Below, in pieces: positions 19,896 to 29,843 of a stretch of DNA of 64,000 bases (within the stretch, counting starts at the first letter, position 1; every line of letters begins with the position of its first letter). A model generated the notes under the pieces. That model was given only the letters and a program-made list of their open reading frames with translations, did not search any database and was not told the DNA's origin. The position numbers and the translations under genes were made by a program. The stretch spans positions 2,528,001 to 2,592,000 of the forward strand of contig CAXXYH010000004.1 in assembly GCA_963677925.2 (NCBI GenBank), written 5' to 3'. The DNA comes from Spirochaetia bacterium (GTDB lineage: Bacteria > Spirochaetota > Spirochaetia > UBA9216).

Positions 19896-20651
19896 ATGAT
19901 ATTTAAAGAATTCGGTCCAGGCGGAAAGCCGGTCATTCTGATGTTTCACGGGGGTGGATTATCCTGGTGGTCTCTTAAGCCTCTAATCAGAAATCTTGAA
20001 TCAGATTACCGTATAATTACCGCTGTAATTGACGGTCACGGAGAGAACAGCAGTGAAACCTTTATAAGTATTGAGGATTCCGCTTTACGCGCAGTGGAAT
20101 ACATCGATACAACCGAAGGCGGAAAGATTTTCTGTATATGCGGTCTGTCTATCGGTGCTCAGATTGCAGTTGAAATTCTTTCATTAAAAGCTGATATATG
20201 TGAATATGCTGTAATTGAAAGTGCCCTGTTATATCCGATAAAATTTCTTAAGACTCTCCTTATACCTATGGTTTCAATATCATATCCCCTGATAAAGAAA
20301 AAATGGTATGCACGGCTTCAGTCCAAATCTTTATTTGTTCCGGACGATATGTTTGAAACATATTTTGAAGACAGCAGCAGGATGTCGAAAGCTTCTCTTC
20401 TGAATATTACGCTCAGTAACGGAACCTACAGTATTAAGCCCGGACTTACAGAAACAAAAGCCCGTATACTGATAATTGCCGGGGGCAACGAAATACCCCT
20501 TATGAGAAAATCAGCACAAAGGCTTAATGATCTTTTGCCTGAACAAAGCAGACTTAAGATTATGGAAGGGCTGAAACACGGTGAATTAAGTCTTATGAAC
20601 CCCGAAGTCTACTGCAGCCTGATAAGGAATCTTTTCTCAGGCAAGGCTTGA
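19896..20651 (+). CDS. Alpha/beta hydrolase
   Basis: HGGG, DGHG, GLSIG nucleophile elbow, C-terminal His (KHGE). Confidence 0.88.
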   Translation: MIFKEFGPGGKPVILMFHGGGLSWWSLKPLIRNLESDYRIITAVIDGHGENSSETFISIEDSALRAVEYIDTTEGGKIFCICGLSIGAQIAVEILSLKADICEYAVIESALLYPIKFLKTLLIPMVSISYPLIKKKWYARLQSKSLFVPDDMFETYFEDSSRMSKASLLNITLSNGTYSIKPGLTETKARILIIAGGNEIPLMRKSAQRLNDLLPEQSRLKIMEGLKHGELSLMNPEVYCSLIRNLFSGKA

Positions 20652-20652
20652 A

Positions 20653-21006
20653 TTATCCGAAAACTTTCAGAGCTTCTTCAATATTTTCTGTGAAAATTAC
20701 CTGTCCGGTTCGATTGCTTTCATATATAAAATCCCTGAGGCTTTTGCTTGAGGCAGAATATTCGTTTAAATCCCCGATTATTCCGAGTCTGAAGTTGTAG
20801 TTGCTCACCTTCTGAAGAACTTCACCGGCAAACCTGCTTGATAGATTAAAGAACTCCGGATTAACTGAACTCTTATGCAGGAGAACAGTTCTTGACGATG
20901 CATTGGCAATTACATCAAGGATATCTGATGTATCTTCAAGCTTATATGAGTTTTCAATCAGTTCTGATATCTTACCTGATTTTGTTTCATGAAATTTAAA
21001 ATTCAT
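20653..21006 (-). CDS. DUF4180 family protein
   Basis: FFNLSSRFAGEVLQKVSNY..IIGD..SKSLRDFIYESN. Confidence 0.88.
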   Translation of the reverse strand: MNFKFHETKSGKISELIENSYKLEDTSDILDVIANASSRTVLLHKSSVNPEFFNLSSRFAGEVLQKVSNYNFRLGIIGDLNEYSASSKSLRDFIYESNRTGQVIFTENIEEALKVFG

Positions 21007-21073
21007 ACCTGCTCCTTATGTTACCTTTTAAAGTAATTAAAAGTAACATAAGGGAGCTATAAGGATCAATAAC

Positions 21074-22246
21074 TTAGAATATAATTCCCTTTGAAAAAGG
21101 TGCTTTTTTTACTGCTATTGCATCGGCAGGGCAAACCTCATGACAGCAGAAGCAGCGGATGCACTTGCTGTAATCAATATTCACCATGTTTTTAAATTTC
21201 GGCTGTATTCCGGCCGTCTCCTTTAGTTCAAGAGCCTTTGCCGGGCAGATCTTGACACATTCTCCGCATCTGATACAGGTCTTTTCCCTGAACACCGGCC
21301 GGGGAGTCATTGAGCTCATTATATTTCTTATAAAGGAGGGTGTGAGGAATTCAATCAGCTGGCTTGTGCTGCCGGTAAGTTTAATTTTCTTAAAGTCCGG
21401 AATTCTGACATCATCGATATTACAGCCTTTAACTGTCAGGTCATTTGTTGATTCAAGCCATAAACCCCTGTCAATAGCCTCCCTGTTTACAGGAATAATA
21501 TCGGGATCATAGCCGACAATCCTGCAAGCGGTGATATCAAGCGCCAGAAGATTTGATGAAGCAAGTATCAGCCCCACATTCCGCGGATAACCGTTGCCCG
21601 GCCCTGGACCTTCCATTGCAGTTATACCGTCCATAAAGGCATAATCAGGATTGACGGTCTGGTGCAGATCTACAAGCATTTTTGCAAATCCGGCGCGGCC
21701 GGGAAACATCATGTGGTAGGGGCTTTTAGTCAGACCGGGAAGAACTCCGAACTGGTTTTTTATTGCACCGGTAAAATACATCAGCTGATGTGTCTTCATC
21801 TTGGGAAGGCTTATTATTTTATCAACCTTGTCTACTATATCGCTTAGAACAAACTGATTTACTGCCCGTCCTTCCGGAATCTTTCTTACAACTGTGGCAG
21901 CTGTAAAGTCATACCACTCGGCGCCTTCTTCGTCACAGATATCCCATAGGCCGCATTTTTTTCCTTTGAATCCGGGTTTCTGAAATCCCGGAGAATCTCC
22001 GACATATATTTTTTTTGCGCCAAGTTCCTTGATTAGCCTGATAACAGCTCTCAGGAATTCCGGATGCGTTGTGATGGCTTTTGATGTCTCTGAATCTGAA
22101 AGGACATTGGGTTTAAGAAGAACGGTTTGTCCTGATACATCAAGAACCTCTGTGCCCCCGGATAATTCGAAGGCTTCCCTGATTACTCCGTAGATCAGAT
22201 CGGCGTCATATTTTGTACATTGTAATACTGCAACTGTCTTATTCAT
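21074..22246 (-). CDS. DUF362 protein with C-terminal 2x[4Fe-4S] ferredoxin domain
   Basis: VLLKPN, TTHPE, PKMKTH, GAIKN.FG, MEGPGP; two CxxCxxCxxxCP motifs. Confidence 0.9.
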   Translation of the reverse strand: MNKTVAVLQCTKYDADLIYGVIREAFELSGGTEVLDVSGQTVLLKPNVLSDSETSKAITTHPEFLRAVIRLIKELGAKKIYVGDSPGFQKPGFKGKKCGLWDICDEEGAEWYDFTAATVVRKIPEGRAVNQFVLSDIVDKVDKIISLPKMKTHQLMYFTGAIKNQFGVLPGLTKSPYHMMFPGRAGFAKMLVDLHQTVNPDYAFMDGITAMEGPGPGNGYPRNVGLILASSNLLALDITACRIVGYDPDIIPVNREAIDRGLWLESTNDLTVKGCNIDDVRIPDFKKIKLTGSTSQLIEFLTPSFIRNIMSSMTPRPVFREKTCIRCGECVKICPAKALELKETAGIQPKFKNMVNIDYSKCIRCFCCHEVCPADAIAVKKAPFSKGIIF

Positions 22247-22287
22247 GCCGAAATAATATCAGAAAGCTCCAGTATTGAACAGAAAAA

Positions 22288-23088
22288 TTATAAGGTGCTG
22301 TCCTGCTTTTTAACCAGTGCTGCCATAAAGATAGGTCCGAAACCGGAATTCCTGTCGGGAAGGATATGTTTTCCAAACTCTGTCGTTTCGGCATCAAGCT
22401 CCAGCTCCGGAGGAATATCTGCTGAAACAACTTCCACAATGGATGAACGTTTTTTCAGAAGTTTCTCAATTACACCGTCGTTTTCAAGCGGAGAAAGGGC
22501 GCATGTACTGTAAATAAGCCTTCCTCCAGGCTTTAAGGCCTGGACCGCAGAAGCAAGCATGGCATGTGCCTGAACTGCAAGCTGTTTTGATCTGTTCGGT
22601 GTCCATTTACCAAGGTGGGCTGGAGAGTTTAGGACATGGGCTTCGGATGAGCAGGGCGCATCCAGCAGTATCCTGTCATATACATCCTGTTCAAAAAGTC
22701 CCCATTTTGTAGAATCATGGCCGGTTACGTTTATATTGCTTCTCCAGTCTGCAGGAAGATGTTTTTCTATAACATCCTTGAGCCTTCTGCGCCGGTCAGA
22801 GGAGCGATCGTTTGATACAAGCAGTCCGGTTCCTTTTAAGGCAAGTGCTATTACAAGTGTTTTGCCTCCGGGGGCTGCACACATATCAAGAACAGTATCC
22901 TCCTCTTGTATACCGAGGGCGAAAGCGGCAGCAGCGGAGGCTTTATCAAGAAAGTAGGGCTGTAGAAGTCCATCGGATAGGGAAAAGCCGGAAGAGCCTT
23001 CAGTCAATGCAGATTTAAGTGCCGGCCAGCGGACTGAGTATAATGATTCATAGTAGTCATCGAATGTAATCTTTTTTTTTGAAGCCAT
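22288..23088 (-). CDS. RsmB/RsmF/NOP2-family RNA m5C methyltransferase
   Basis: LDMCAAPGGKT, ILLDAPCS, YSTCAL..END. Confidence 0.92.
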   Translation of the reverse strand: MASKKKITFDDYYESLYSVRWPALKSALTEGSSGFSLSDGLLQPYFLDKASAAAAFALGIQEEDTVLDMCAAPGGKTLVIALALKGTGLLVSNDRSSDRRRRLKDVIEKHLPADWRSNINVTGHDSTKWGLFEQDVYDRILLDAPCSSEAHVLNSPAHLGKWTPNRSKQLAVQAHAMLASAVQALKPGGRLIYSTCALSPLENDGVIEKLLKKRSSIVEVVSADIPPELELDAETTEFGKHILPDRNSGFGPIFMAALVKKQDSTL

Positions 23089-23232
23089 ATTTAATTCTAT
23101 TTTAACAGTTATAATTTATAGAATCGATATAATTGTTAAAATTACTTTGTATACTGAATAAAAATCGCTCTGATGAGTATCATTCTATGCAGAACATTGT
23201 GTTTAATAATATTATCAATACAGGAAGTTAAC

Positions 23233-24318
23233 GTGGTAGAAGATTTCAACCTGAACAAATATCTCTCAAACGGCGTAAGGGAACTTGTCGGTTCCGCCCT
23301 GAAGGCCAGTATAATAAACCCCTCGCAGATAGCCTTCCTTACCGGCTTTGCAGCAGCCTCAAAACAAGCCGCTGCCAAAAGAGAGAAGGCTGAAAATGAG
23401 GGGATACACATACCGCCCTTTCTCATTGCAAGCATTACATCAAGCTGCAACCTCAGATGTGCAGGCTGCTATGCCAGAGAAAACCAATCATGTGCTGATG
23501 AGGCAAAGACTGATGATTTATCACCGGATGACTGGCAGGATATTTTCCTGCAGGCAGAGAAGGCTGGCATAAGCTTTATTCTTCTGGCAGGCGGTGAACC
23601 TCTGATCCGCAGAGATATAATTAAAAAAGCCGCAGCAAATAAAAAGATGATTTTTCCCGTTTTTACTAATGGGACTCTTATTGATGAGGAGTATATAGAA
23701 CTGTTTCGAAAAAACAGAAATATTATACCTGTTCTGAGTCTTGAAGGTTCAGCCGATGCGACAGATCATCGTCGGGGGGCGGGCGTATATGAAAAAGTGT
23801 TTAAAGCCATGGAAAAACTGGATAAAAGCGGAATTTTCTTCGGAACCTCACTTACCGTTACAAAAAAGAATTTGAGAGATATTACCGATGATATTTTCGC
23901 ACAGAAACTCAAATCTGCCGGATGCAGTCTTACATTTTATGTGGAGTATGTTCCTGCTGCAGGCAAAGATGACAGCCTTGAGCTGAGTGATGAAGAGCGG
24001 GTTATGCTTGAGTACAGAGTAAATTCGCTTAGAACAGATCTTTCAGGGATGATGTTTGTGAGCTTCCCGGGTGATGAAAAAGCTACAGGCGGCTGTCTGG
24101 CGGCAGGCAGGGGGTTTTTTCATATCAACTCAAGAGGCGGGGCTGAACCCTGTCCGTTTTCGCCTTTCTCGGATACCAATGTACTGCAGACAGGACTTAC
24201 AGGAGCTCTTGAATCACCCCTGTTTACAAGGATACGTGACGGCGGACTGCTTACACAGGAGCACAGCGGGGGCTGTACACTTTTCGCTCTTGAAGATTCT
24301 GTCAGAGCATTGCAGTAG
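23233..24318 (+). CDS. Radical SAM protein with SPASM/twitch domain
   Basis: CNLRCAGC, GGEP, FTNG, GCLAAGR..PCPF; GTG start after AGGA inferred. Confidence 0.9.
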   Translation: MVEDFNLNKYLSNGVRELVGSALKASIINPSQIAFLTGFAAASKQAAAKREKAENEGIHIPPFLIASITSSCNLRCAGCYARENQSCADEAKTDDLSPDDWQDIFLQAEKAGISFILLAGGEPLIRRDIIKKAAANKKMIFPVFTNGTLIDEEYIELFRKNRNIIPVLSLEGSADATDHRRGAGVYEKVFKAMEKLDKSGIFFGTSLTVTKKNLRDITDDIFAQKLKSAGCSLTFYVEYVPAAGKDDSLELSDEERVMLEYRVNSLRTDLSGMMFVSFPGDEKATGGCLAAGRGFFHINSRGGAEPCPFSPFSDTNVLQTGLTGALESPLFTRIRDGGLLTQEHSGGCTLFALEDSVRALQ

Positions 24319-24350
24319 TCTCATGCTTTAACATTTGATATTATACCGGC

Positions 24351-25856
24351 ATGATCTATGATGTAATAATAATCGGAGCCGGAGTAGTCGGCGGCGCAGT
24401 TGCGCGTGAACTCTCAAAACTAAAACTTGATATCCTTGCTCTTGAAAAAGAATCCGACGTTTGCTGCGGTACTTCAAAGGCTAATACAGGAATAATTCAT
24501 TCACCTGCACTGGTTCCCTCCGGAACATTGAAGGGCAGGATGAGTGCCCTTGGTAATTTACAATTTACAGAATTAAGCGGACAGCTCGGATTTACATATC
24601 AGAAAACAGGGGCTCTTGTTTTATCATATTCAGAAGAGAATGATAAAACTGCATTAAATGATCTGAAACAGGGCTGTGAAAACTGGCTTGATGCAGGCGC
24701 GGAAGCCCCTGAGTATGAAATTATATCTGCTGAAAAACTTAGAGAACTTGAGCCAGAAATAAGTGATGAAGTTGTTTCTGCACTCTACTGCCCTGACGCC
24801 GGGCGTATAATTCCCTATGAATATGGTATTGCCCTGTGGGAGAACGCTGTTGATAACGGTGTTGAGCTGAGGCTTGAATGCGGAGTTTTCGATGTTTCCT
24901 ATGATGAAGCGGAAAAATTATGGCATCTGAAAACCCCATCCGGCGAGATTCTATCACGATTTGTTGTAAACGCTGCGGGACACGGCAGCAATAGCATTGG
25001 AATGGCAGCAGGATTTAAGGACAGCAGAATAAAGGCTGTTAAGGGTGAATACATCATTCTGGATCGGGATACGCCGCAGCATATTAACCATATCCTTTTT
25101 CAGATACCCGATGAAGCTCAGAAATCAAAGGGAAAGGGTATTCTTGTCACCCGTACTGTTTACGGTAATATCATGATTGGTCCGGATGCGAGATCTCAGG
25201 ATGATGCTGATGACACTTCAACAGACATGGAGTCGCTGATTGAAGTAATTGCCGGTGCAGAGAAAAGCATACCCGGACTTGATATGAAAAAAGCAATTAA
25301 AACCTTTGCAGGGGTACGTCCCAAACCTGCAGAAGGTGACTTTATTATTGAAAGCAGAAATGGATTTGTTCACCTGTGCGGTATAGAGTCACCGGGGCTT
25401 ACCTCATCACCGGCCATAGCTGCCGAAGCAGTTGAAAGATTGAAAAAAATGGGACTTTCTTCAGACAGCAACACTGAATTTAATCCATTCAGGAAGCCGA
25501 TTGTCGGGGAAGTGCTTAATCTTCCGCATGATGTTGTCAGCAAAAGGATACAGTTTGCAGATGATGATCCTGAAAAACTTATATGCAGATGCGAACAGGT
25601 ACCTTTATCACGTATTGAGGATGCAGTAAGCAGAAGCATTCCTGTTACCACCATTGACGGTGTCAAACGAAGAACAAGAGCCGGCCAGGGGCGCTGTCAG
25701 GGGAATTTCTGCGGGCCCAGAGTAAAAAAGGTTCTTGCGGATATATTAAACCTTGAAGAGGAGCTGATAACCCGGCGTGGAAAAGAGCCTGAATTAAAAA
25801 GGATTTCAGCTGCGGAATTGCGGAAAATTGTGAAGGAAGAGCCTGTCCTTGAATGA
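24351..25856 (+). CDS. FAD-dependent oxidoreductase, GlpA/L-2-hydroxyglutarate oxidase-like, with BFD-like [2Fe-2S] domain
   Basis: GAGVVG, TSKANTGIIH, IESPGLTS, CRCE..KRRTRAG.GRCQG.FC. Confidence 0.88.
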   Translation: MIYDVIIIGAGVVGGAVARELSKLKLDILALEKESDVCCGTSKANTGIIHSPALVPSGTLKGRMSALGNLQFTELSGQLGFTYQKTGALVLSYSEENDKTALNDLKQGCENWLDAGAEAPEYEIISAEKLRELEPEISDEVVSALYCPDAGRIIPYEYGIALWENAVDNGVELRLECGVFDVSYDEAEKLWHLKTPSGEILSRFVVNAAGHGSNSIGMAAGFKDSRIKAVKGEYIILDRDTPQHINHILFQIPDEAQKSKGKGILVTRTVYGNIMIGPDARSQDDADDTSTDMESLIEVIAGAEKSIPGLDMKKAIKTFAGVRPKPAEGDFIIESRNGFVHLCGIESPGLTSSPAIAAEAVERLKKMGLSSDSNTEFNPFRKPIVGEVLNLPHDVVSKRIQFADDDPEKLICRCEQVPLSRIEDAVSRSIPVTTIDGVKRRTRAGQGRCQGNFCGPRVKKVLADILNLEEELITRRGKEPELKRISAAELRKIVKEEPVLE

Positions 25857-26349
25857 TTTAAAGAAGTCACTTCAGCCTGTGATTAATTCAGAATCAAAGA
25901 TACTGGTTCTGGGCTCAATGCCCGGAGAAGAATCATTAAGGCTGCAGCAGTATTACGGTTATCCCCGTAATCATTTCTGGAGAATTATGACTGAAATTTC
26001 AGGCGTTGATTTTGATATTGAATATGAAAGCAGAAAGAAAAGACTGCTTTCACTTGGAATAGCCTTATGGGATGTTATAGCGAGCTGTGAACGGAAAGGC
26101 AGTCTTGATACAAATATAAAAAATGAAAATCCAAATAATATCACCGGCCTGCTGAATGATTATCCTGATATTCAAGCCCTGTTCTTTAACGGTCAGAAGG
26201 CTGCCGCATCCTTTAAAAAAAACATCGGATTAAACTCTCTAAGTGATTCGGGAATCTATTATCAGGTACTGCCGTCTACAAGCCCGGCTAATACAATGAA
26301 GTTCGACATCAAACTTGAGCAATGGCGGATTTTAAAAAATTATTTTTGA
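25849..26349 (+). CDS. Hypoxanthine-DNA glycosylase (UDG family 6)
   Basis: LGSMPG..SL...QYY..PRN.FW, WDV, GSLD, FFNG, LPSTSPAN. Confidence 0.9.
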   Translation: MNDLKKSLQPVINSESKILVLGSMPGEESLRLQQYYGYPRNHFWRIMTEISGVDFDIEYESRKKRLLSLGIALWDVIASCERKGSLDTNIKNENPNNITGLLNDYPDIQALFFNGQKAAASFKKNIGLNSLSDSGIYYQVLPSTSPANTMKFDIKLEQWRILKNYF

Positions 26350-26401
26350 GCAGATTATTGCCGTTTTTCCACTCAGCATAAAAACATGCTATATTGATGA
26401 A

Positions 26402-26884
26402 ATGAAAAATATCTATGAAAAACTGAATGAGGCAGGATTCATACTTCCTGAAGCTCCGGATTCTGTGGGCGCTTTTTCTACCGCCGTGGAGAGTGACGGT
26501 CTGCTGTACCTTTCTGGCTGCGGGGGCGCTGACCCTTCAAAACTAAAATATTACGGAAAACTGGGAAGTGCAGTCACTGTTGAACAGGGGAAAGAGTGCG
26601 CGCGTGATGCCGTGCTGGCTCTGCTTAGTACAGCGGAAAAATATATAGGCAGTCTTGAAAAAATTCAAAAGGTAGTAAAGCTGACAGGTTTTGTAAATTC
26701 AGAACCGGATTTTATAAAACAGCCCGCTGTGATTGACGGGGCATCTGAACTTCTGATTGATTTATTCGGTGAAGAAACAGGATTACATGCCCGATCGGCC
26801 ATCGGTGCTGCAAGTCTTCCGTTTAACATACCGGTGGAACTGGAACTTATACTGAAAATTAGGAAAAGTGATAAAAATGAATAA
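26402..26884 (+). CDS. RidA/YjgF family protein (Rid1-like)
   Basis: LYLSG, GKLG, VVKLTGFVNS, GASELL..FG, HARSAIG..SLP. Confidence 0.9.
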   Translation: MKNIYEKLNEAGFILPEAPDSVGAFSTAVESDGLLYLSGCGGADPSKLKYYGKLGSAVTVEQGKECARDAVLALLSTAEKYIGSLEKIQKVVKLTGFVNSEPDFIKQPAVIDGASELLIDLFGEETGLHARSAIGAASLPFNIPVELELILKIRKSDKNE

Positions 26885-27896
26885 TTACAGTGATTACCTG
26901 AAAGGCCGGATATACTTTGATACACATGGTCATGATTCCGGACTTCTGCCGTTTTTATGGCGTGCGGCAAGTCTTTTCCGTATGCCGAAAGACCGTAATC
27001 CAAAGCAGATATTAAAAGCCGGACTTACAGGCGGGGTTTTAAGTGCGATCGGAGACCCAGCTTCCTATGGTATTCGAGGATACACTAATTCACCTGAGTT
27101 AATAATCGAACAGCTTGAAAAGCTGATTTTATCAGTGACGAGCTCGGGAGCGAAGCTTATACTGTCTCCGGATGACATAAGTAAGGCTCATGATCAGTCA
27201 ACAGGCGGTTTTTTGCTTGGAGTGGAAGGCTGTGATTTTTTAGACGATGATTTTGCCGCAGTTGATTCAGTATATCAGATGGGTGTAAGGCTGCTTGCTC
27301 CGATGCATTACAATATCAACAGCCTGGGAAGTGTCGGTCTCGGGTGGCGCGGAAGGCAGATCAAAGATGAGGAAAGAACCGGTCTTACGGACAGAGGCAG
27401 TGAGTTTATAAAAATATGCAACCGCAGGGGGATAATAATCGACCTGTCCCATGCGGATGAGCCTACAGTCGCAGATGCATGCAATATTACAAGAGCACCT
27501 TTAATCTGCTCGCATACAGGTCCCCGTGCACTGCAGGATTTTCCACGGTTTATATCTGATGAAGCAATGAAAAAGATAGCCGGTACCGGGGGATTAATTG
27601 GAATATGGCCCTATTTGAGCAGGAATAAAGGCACCGCGGATTACGACACATTTAAGAGATATGCCCTGCATCTTAGAAAAACCATAGGTTCAGAACATAT
27701 CTGCATAGGAACCGATTTTAACGGTGTTCCCGGCTACATGAGAGGATACCGCGGTATAGAGCAAAGCGGTCTTCTGTTGAAGCTGCTCTCTGAAGCAGGA
27801 TTCAGCGACAGTGAAACAGAGGGAATAGCCGGAATGAACTTTATACAGATGTTCAGCCGGATCACAGAAATAACTTCCGGCTCCGGCGAAGCCTGA
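26877..27896 (+). CDS. Membrane/renal-type dipeptidase (peptidase M19)
   Basis: H.D near N-terminus, GVEG, IDLSH, SHT, IGTDFNG. Confidence 0.85.
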   Translation: MNNYSDYLKGRIYFDTHGHDSGLLPFLWRAASLFRMPKDRNPKQILKAGLTGGVLSAIGDPASYGIRGYTNSPELIIEQLEKLILSVTSSGAKLILSPDDISKAHDQSTGGFLLGVEGCDFLDDDFAAVDSVYQMGVRLLAPMHYNINSLGSVGLGWRGRQIKDEERTGLTDRGSEFIKICNRRGIIIDLSHADEPTVADACNITRAPLICSHTGPRALQDFPRFISDEAMKKIAGTGGLIGIWPYLSRNKGTADYDTFKRYALHLRKTIGSEHICIGTDFNGVPGYMRGYRGIEQSGLLLKLLSEAGFSDSETEGIAGMNFIQMFSRITEITSGSGEA

Positions 27897-27900
27897 TGAT

Positions 27901-29187
27901 TTAGAAGGACCGCTTCACATGCGGTGTTTTAATCATTCTGCCTTTTGCTATTACCAGGGCCGGACTTGAAAGTGTTTCAATACTTTCGAGCGGATTGTCC
28001 CTGCAGACGATTATGTCGGCAGATTTTCCTTCGTCAATTGAGCCGGTAAGTTCCTCTATACCGAGAATTTTTGCTGAATCAATTGTCCCCATTTCAATTG
28101 CTTTAAGAGAACTGACTCCGCCTCTGTCCATGAAGAGTTTCAGTTCCTCCCAGACATCATAGTGAGATACAAAGGGTACCCCTGAATCTGTCCCGCAGCC
28201 GATAAGTACTCCTGCGTTCAGTGCCTGGGTAAATCCTTTAATCTGACCTTGCATAACAAGGTCTGCATTGGCAAGTTTGATTTCATCAAAATCCTTGATC
28301 TCAGCGCTGTTTTCAAAAATTTTAACAGGTGCGGAAAGTGTCGGAACATAGGCTGTATAACCTCTAAGTGCTTCAGGATTATTCAGAAAAAGTTTGAGCA
28401 TCTCTGAATCAAACTCTGCACCGTGTTCAATTGAGTCAACACCGCCTATAAGTGCATCCTTAACCCCTCGGCTGCTTTCCGCATGGCAGGCAACCATCAG
28501 TCCGCGCCTGTGAGCTTCATCACATATTGCAGCAATCTCGTCAACCGTCATATGGGGAGTCCCGGCTTCACCGATCTTCCGGGCATCTGAAACACCGCCG
28601 GTACTTATCAGTTTTATTACATCAGAGCCGTGACTGTCGTTTATTCGCACTGCTTTACGGCCTTCCCAGGGTGAATCTGCTGTAAGCGGGGTCAGCATCT
28701 CTCCATGTCCGCCCGAGGCGCATATAAGCTTTCCGGCGGTGAGAAGCCGCGGCCATGCTTCCTTTGATTTACTGATTGATTTTTTAACATCAATATCAAA
28801 GTAAAGCGGATCACCAAGGCTTCTAATAGTTGTGACGCCTGCGTTTACAGCATTTTTTATGTTCTTTTTTATAATACTTTCGGCAAGCTTTCTGCCTGCG
28901 CCGGTTGCAAGGAATTTAAGCAGAAGCCTGGTATTTGAATTATCGCCAATGCTGGGCTTACCGCTTGCAATAAGATGGGCATGCGAATTTATCAGGCCGG
29001 GCATTATCCATCGCCCGTCAAGGTCATGGACCTCGCCAGCAGATACATCAGGAGCACTGCCTGTTTTATAGATCTTTTCAATATTTCCGCTTTCTGAATC
29101 TATAAGAACTGCACCGCTGCGGATGATTTCATTTTCCGCTTTGCCGTTTATAATATTGCAGTTTGTCAGTAAATATTTTGTGCTCAT
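27901..29187 (-). CDS. Amidohydrolase (Xaa-Pro dipeptidase / ochratoxinase-like)
   Basis: PGLINSHAH, GVTTIR, GGHG, IKLISTGG, ACHAE, SIEHG, GTDSG. Confidence 0.9.
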   Translation of the reverse strand: MSTKYLLTNCNIINGKAENEIIRSGAVLIDSESGNIEKIYKTGSAPDVSAGEVHDLDGRWIMPGLINSHAHLIASGKPSIGDNSNTRLLLKFLATGAGRKLAESIIKKNIKNAVNAGVTTIRSLGDPLYFDIDVKKSISKSKEAWPRLLTAGKLICASGGHGEMLTPLTADSPWEGRKAVRINDSHGSDVIKLISTGGVSDARKIGEAGTPHMTVDEIAAICDEAHRRGLMVACHAESSRGVKDALIGGVDSIEHGAEFDSEMLKLFLNNPEALRGYTAYVPTLSAPVKIFENSAEIKDFDEIKLANADLVMQGQIKGFTQALNAGVLIGCGTDSGVPFVSHYDVWEELKLFMDRGGVSSLKAIEMGTIDSAKILGIEELTGSIDEGKSADIIVCRDNPLESIETLSSPALVIAKGRMIKTPHVKRSF

Positions 29188-29843
29188 AGTTTTCCTTTTT
29201 TATAGAGTATCCTTGCCGCAAGTACTGAGAGAAGGGCATTCAGCGGAATCATTGCAGATGTCGGCACATCGGTGATAAGGAAAACCAGGATAGTAATAAC
29301 AAGCGGTGTTACCGACAGTTTCCAGTTTTTCATGATCCAGTATGCACCAAGAGCACCGAACAGAGCCGGCAGTACATTATCAAAGGCCGGTTTCAATACA
29401 GGCTGATTCAGCACCGGTGAGAGAGGGACAATTAGAATAACTCCAAGAAGTATTATAACTGCAGAAACAATAGCTGTTGTAGCTACAGAAATTATTGAGA
29501 TTATTTCAGCCTCATCTGAAGCCGGGTCTGTTTCGGTTATTTCAAGTGCCATTGCGGCCGCAGGTACTTTGAGATTGGAAAGATTACCGGTTAGAAATCC
29601 CAGATAGGTTGCTCCGCTGCCCAGAATAGGCGCGTAGGTGAAGATTTCTGCAAAAGCCATTGGTATCATTATCAGTGAGAGGCTCAGGACCCCGGAAAGA
29701 ACTTTCAGCAGGGGCGGAAAAATATTCCATCTAAGGCTGATTACAAGGGGTATACTCAGCAGAAGCAGTGCTCCTGTACCCATGGTTATTCGTCCAAGAA
29801 GGTGTATTCTTTCATTGAAATCTGTTTTCAAAGTACTGTTCAT
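29184..29843 (-). CDS. Integral membrane protein, usual partner of DUF5058
   Basis: TYAPILG...YLGFLTGNLSNLKVP, VLPALFG; ATGA coupling on both sides. Confidence 0.75.
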   Translation of the reverse strand: MNSTLKTDFNERIHLLGRITMGTGALLLLSIPLVISLRWNIFPPLLKVLSGVLSLSLIMIPMAFAEIFTYAPILGSGATYLGFLTGNLSNLKVPAAAMALEITETDPASDEAEIISIISVATTAIVSAVIILLGVILIVPLSPVLNQPVLKPAFDNVLPALFGALGAYWIMKNWKLSVTPLVITILVFLITDVPTSAMIPLNALLSVLAARILYKKGKL

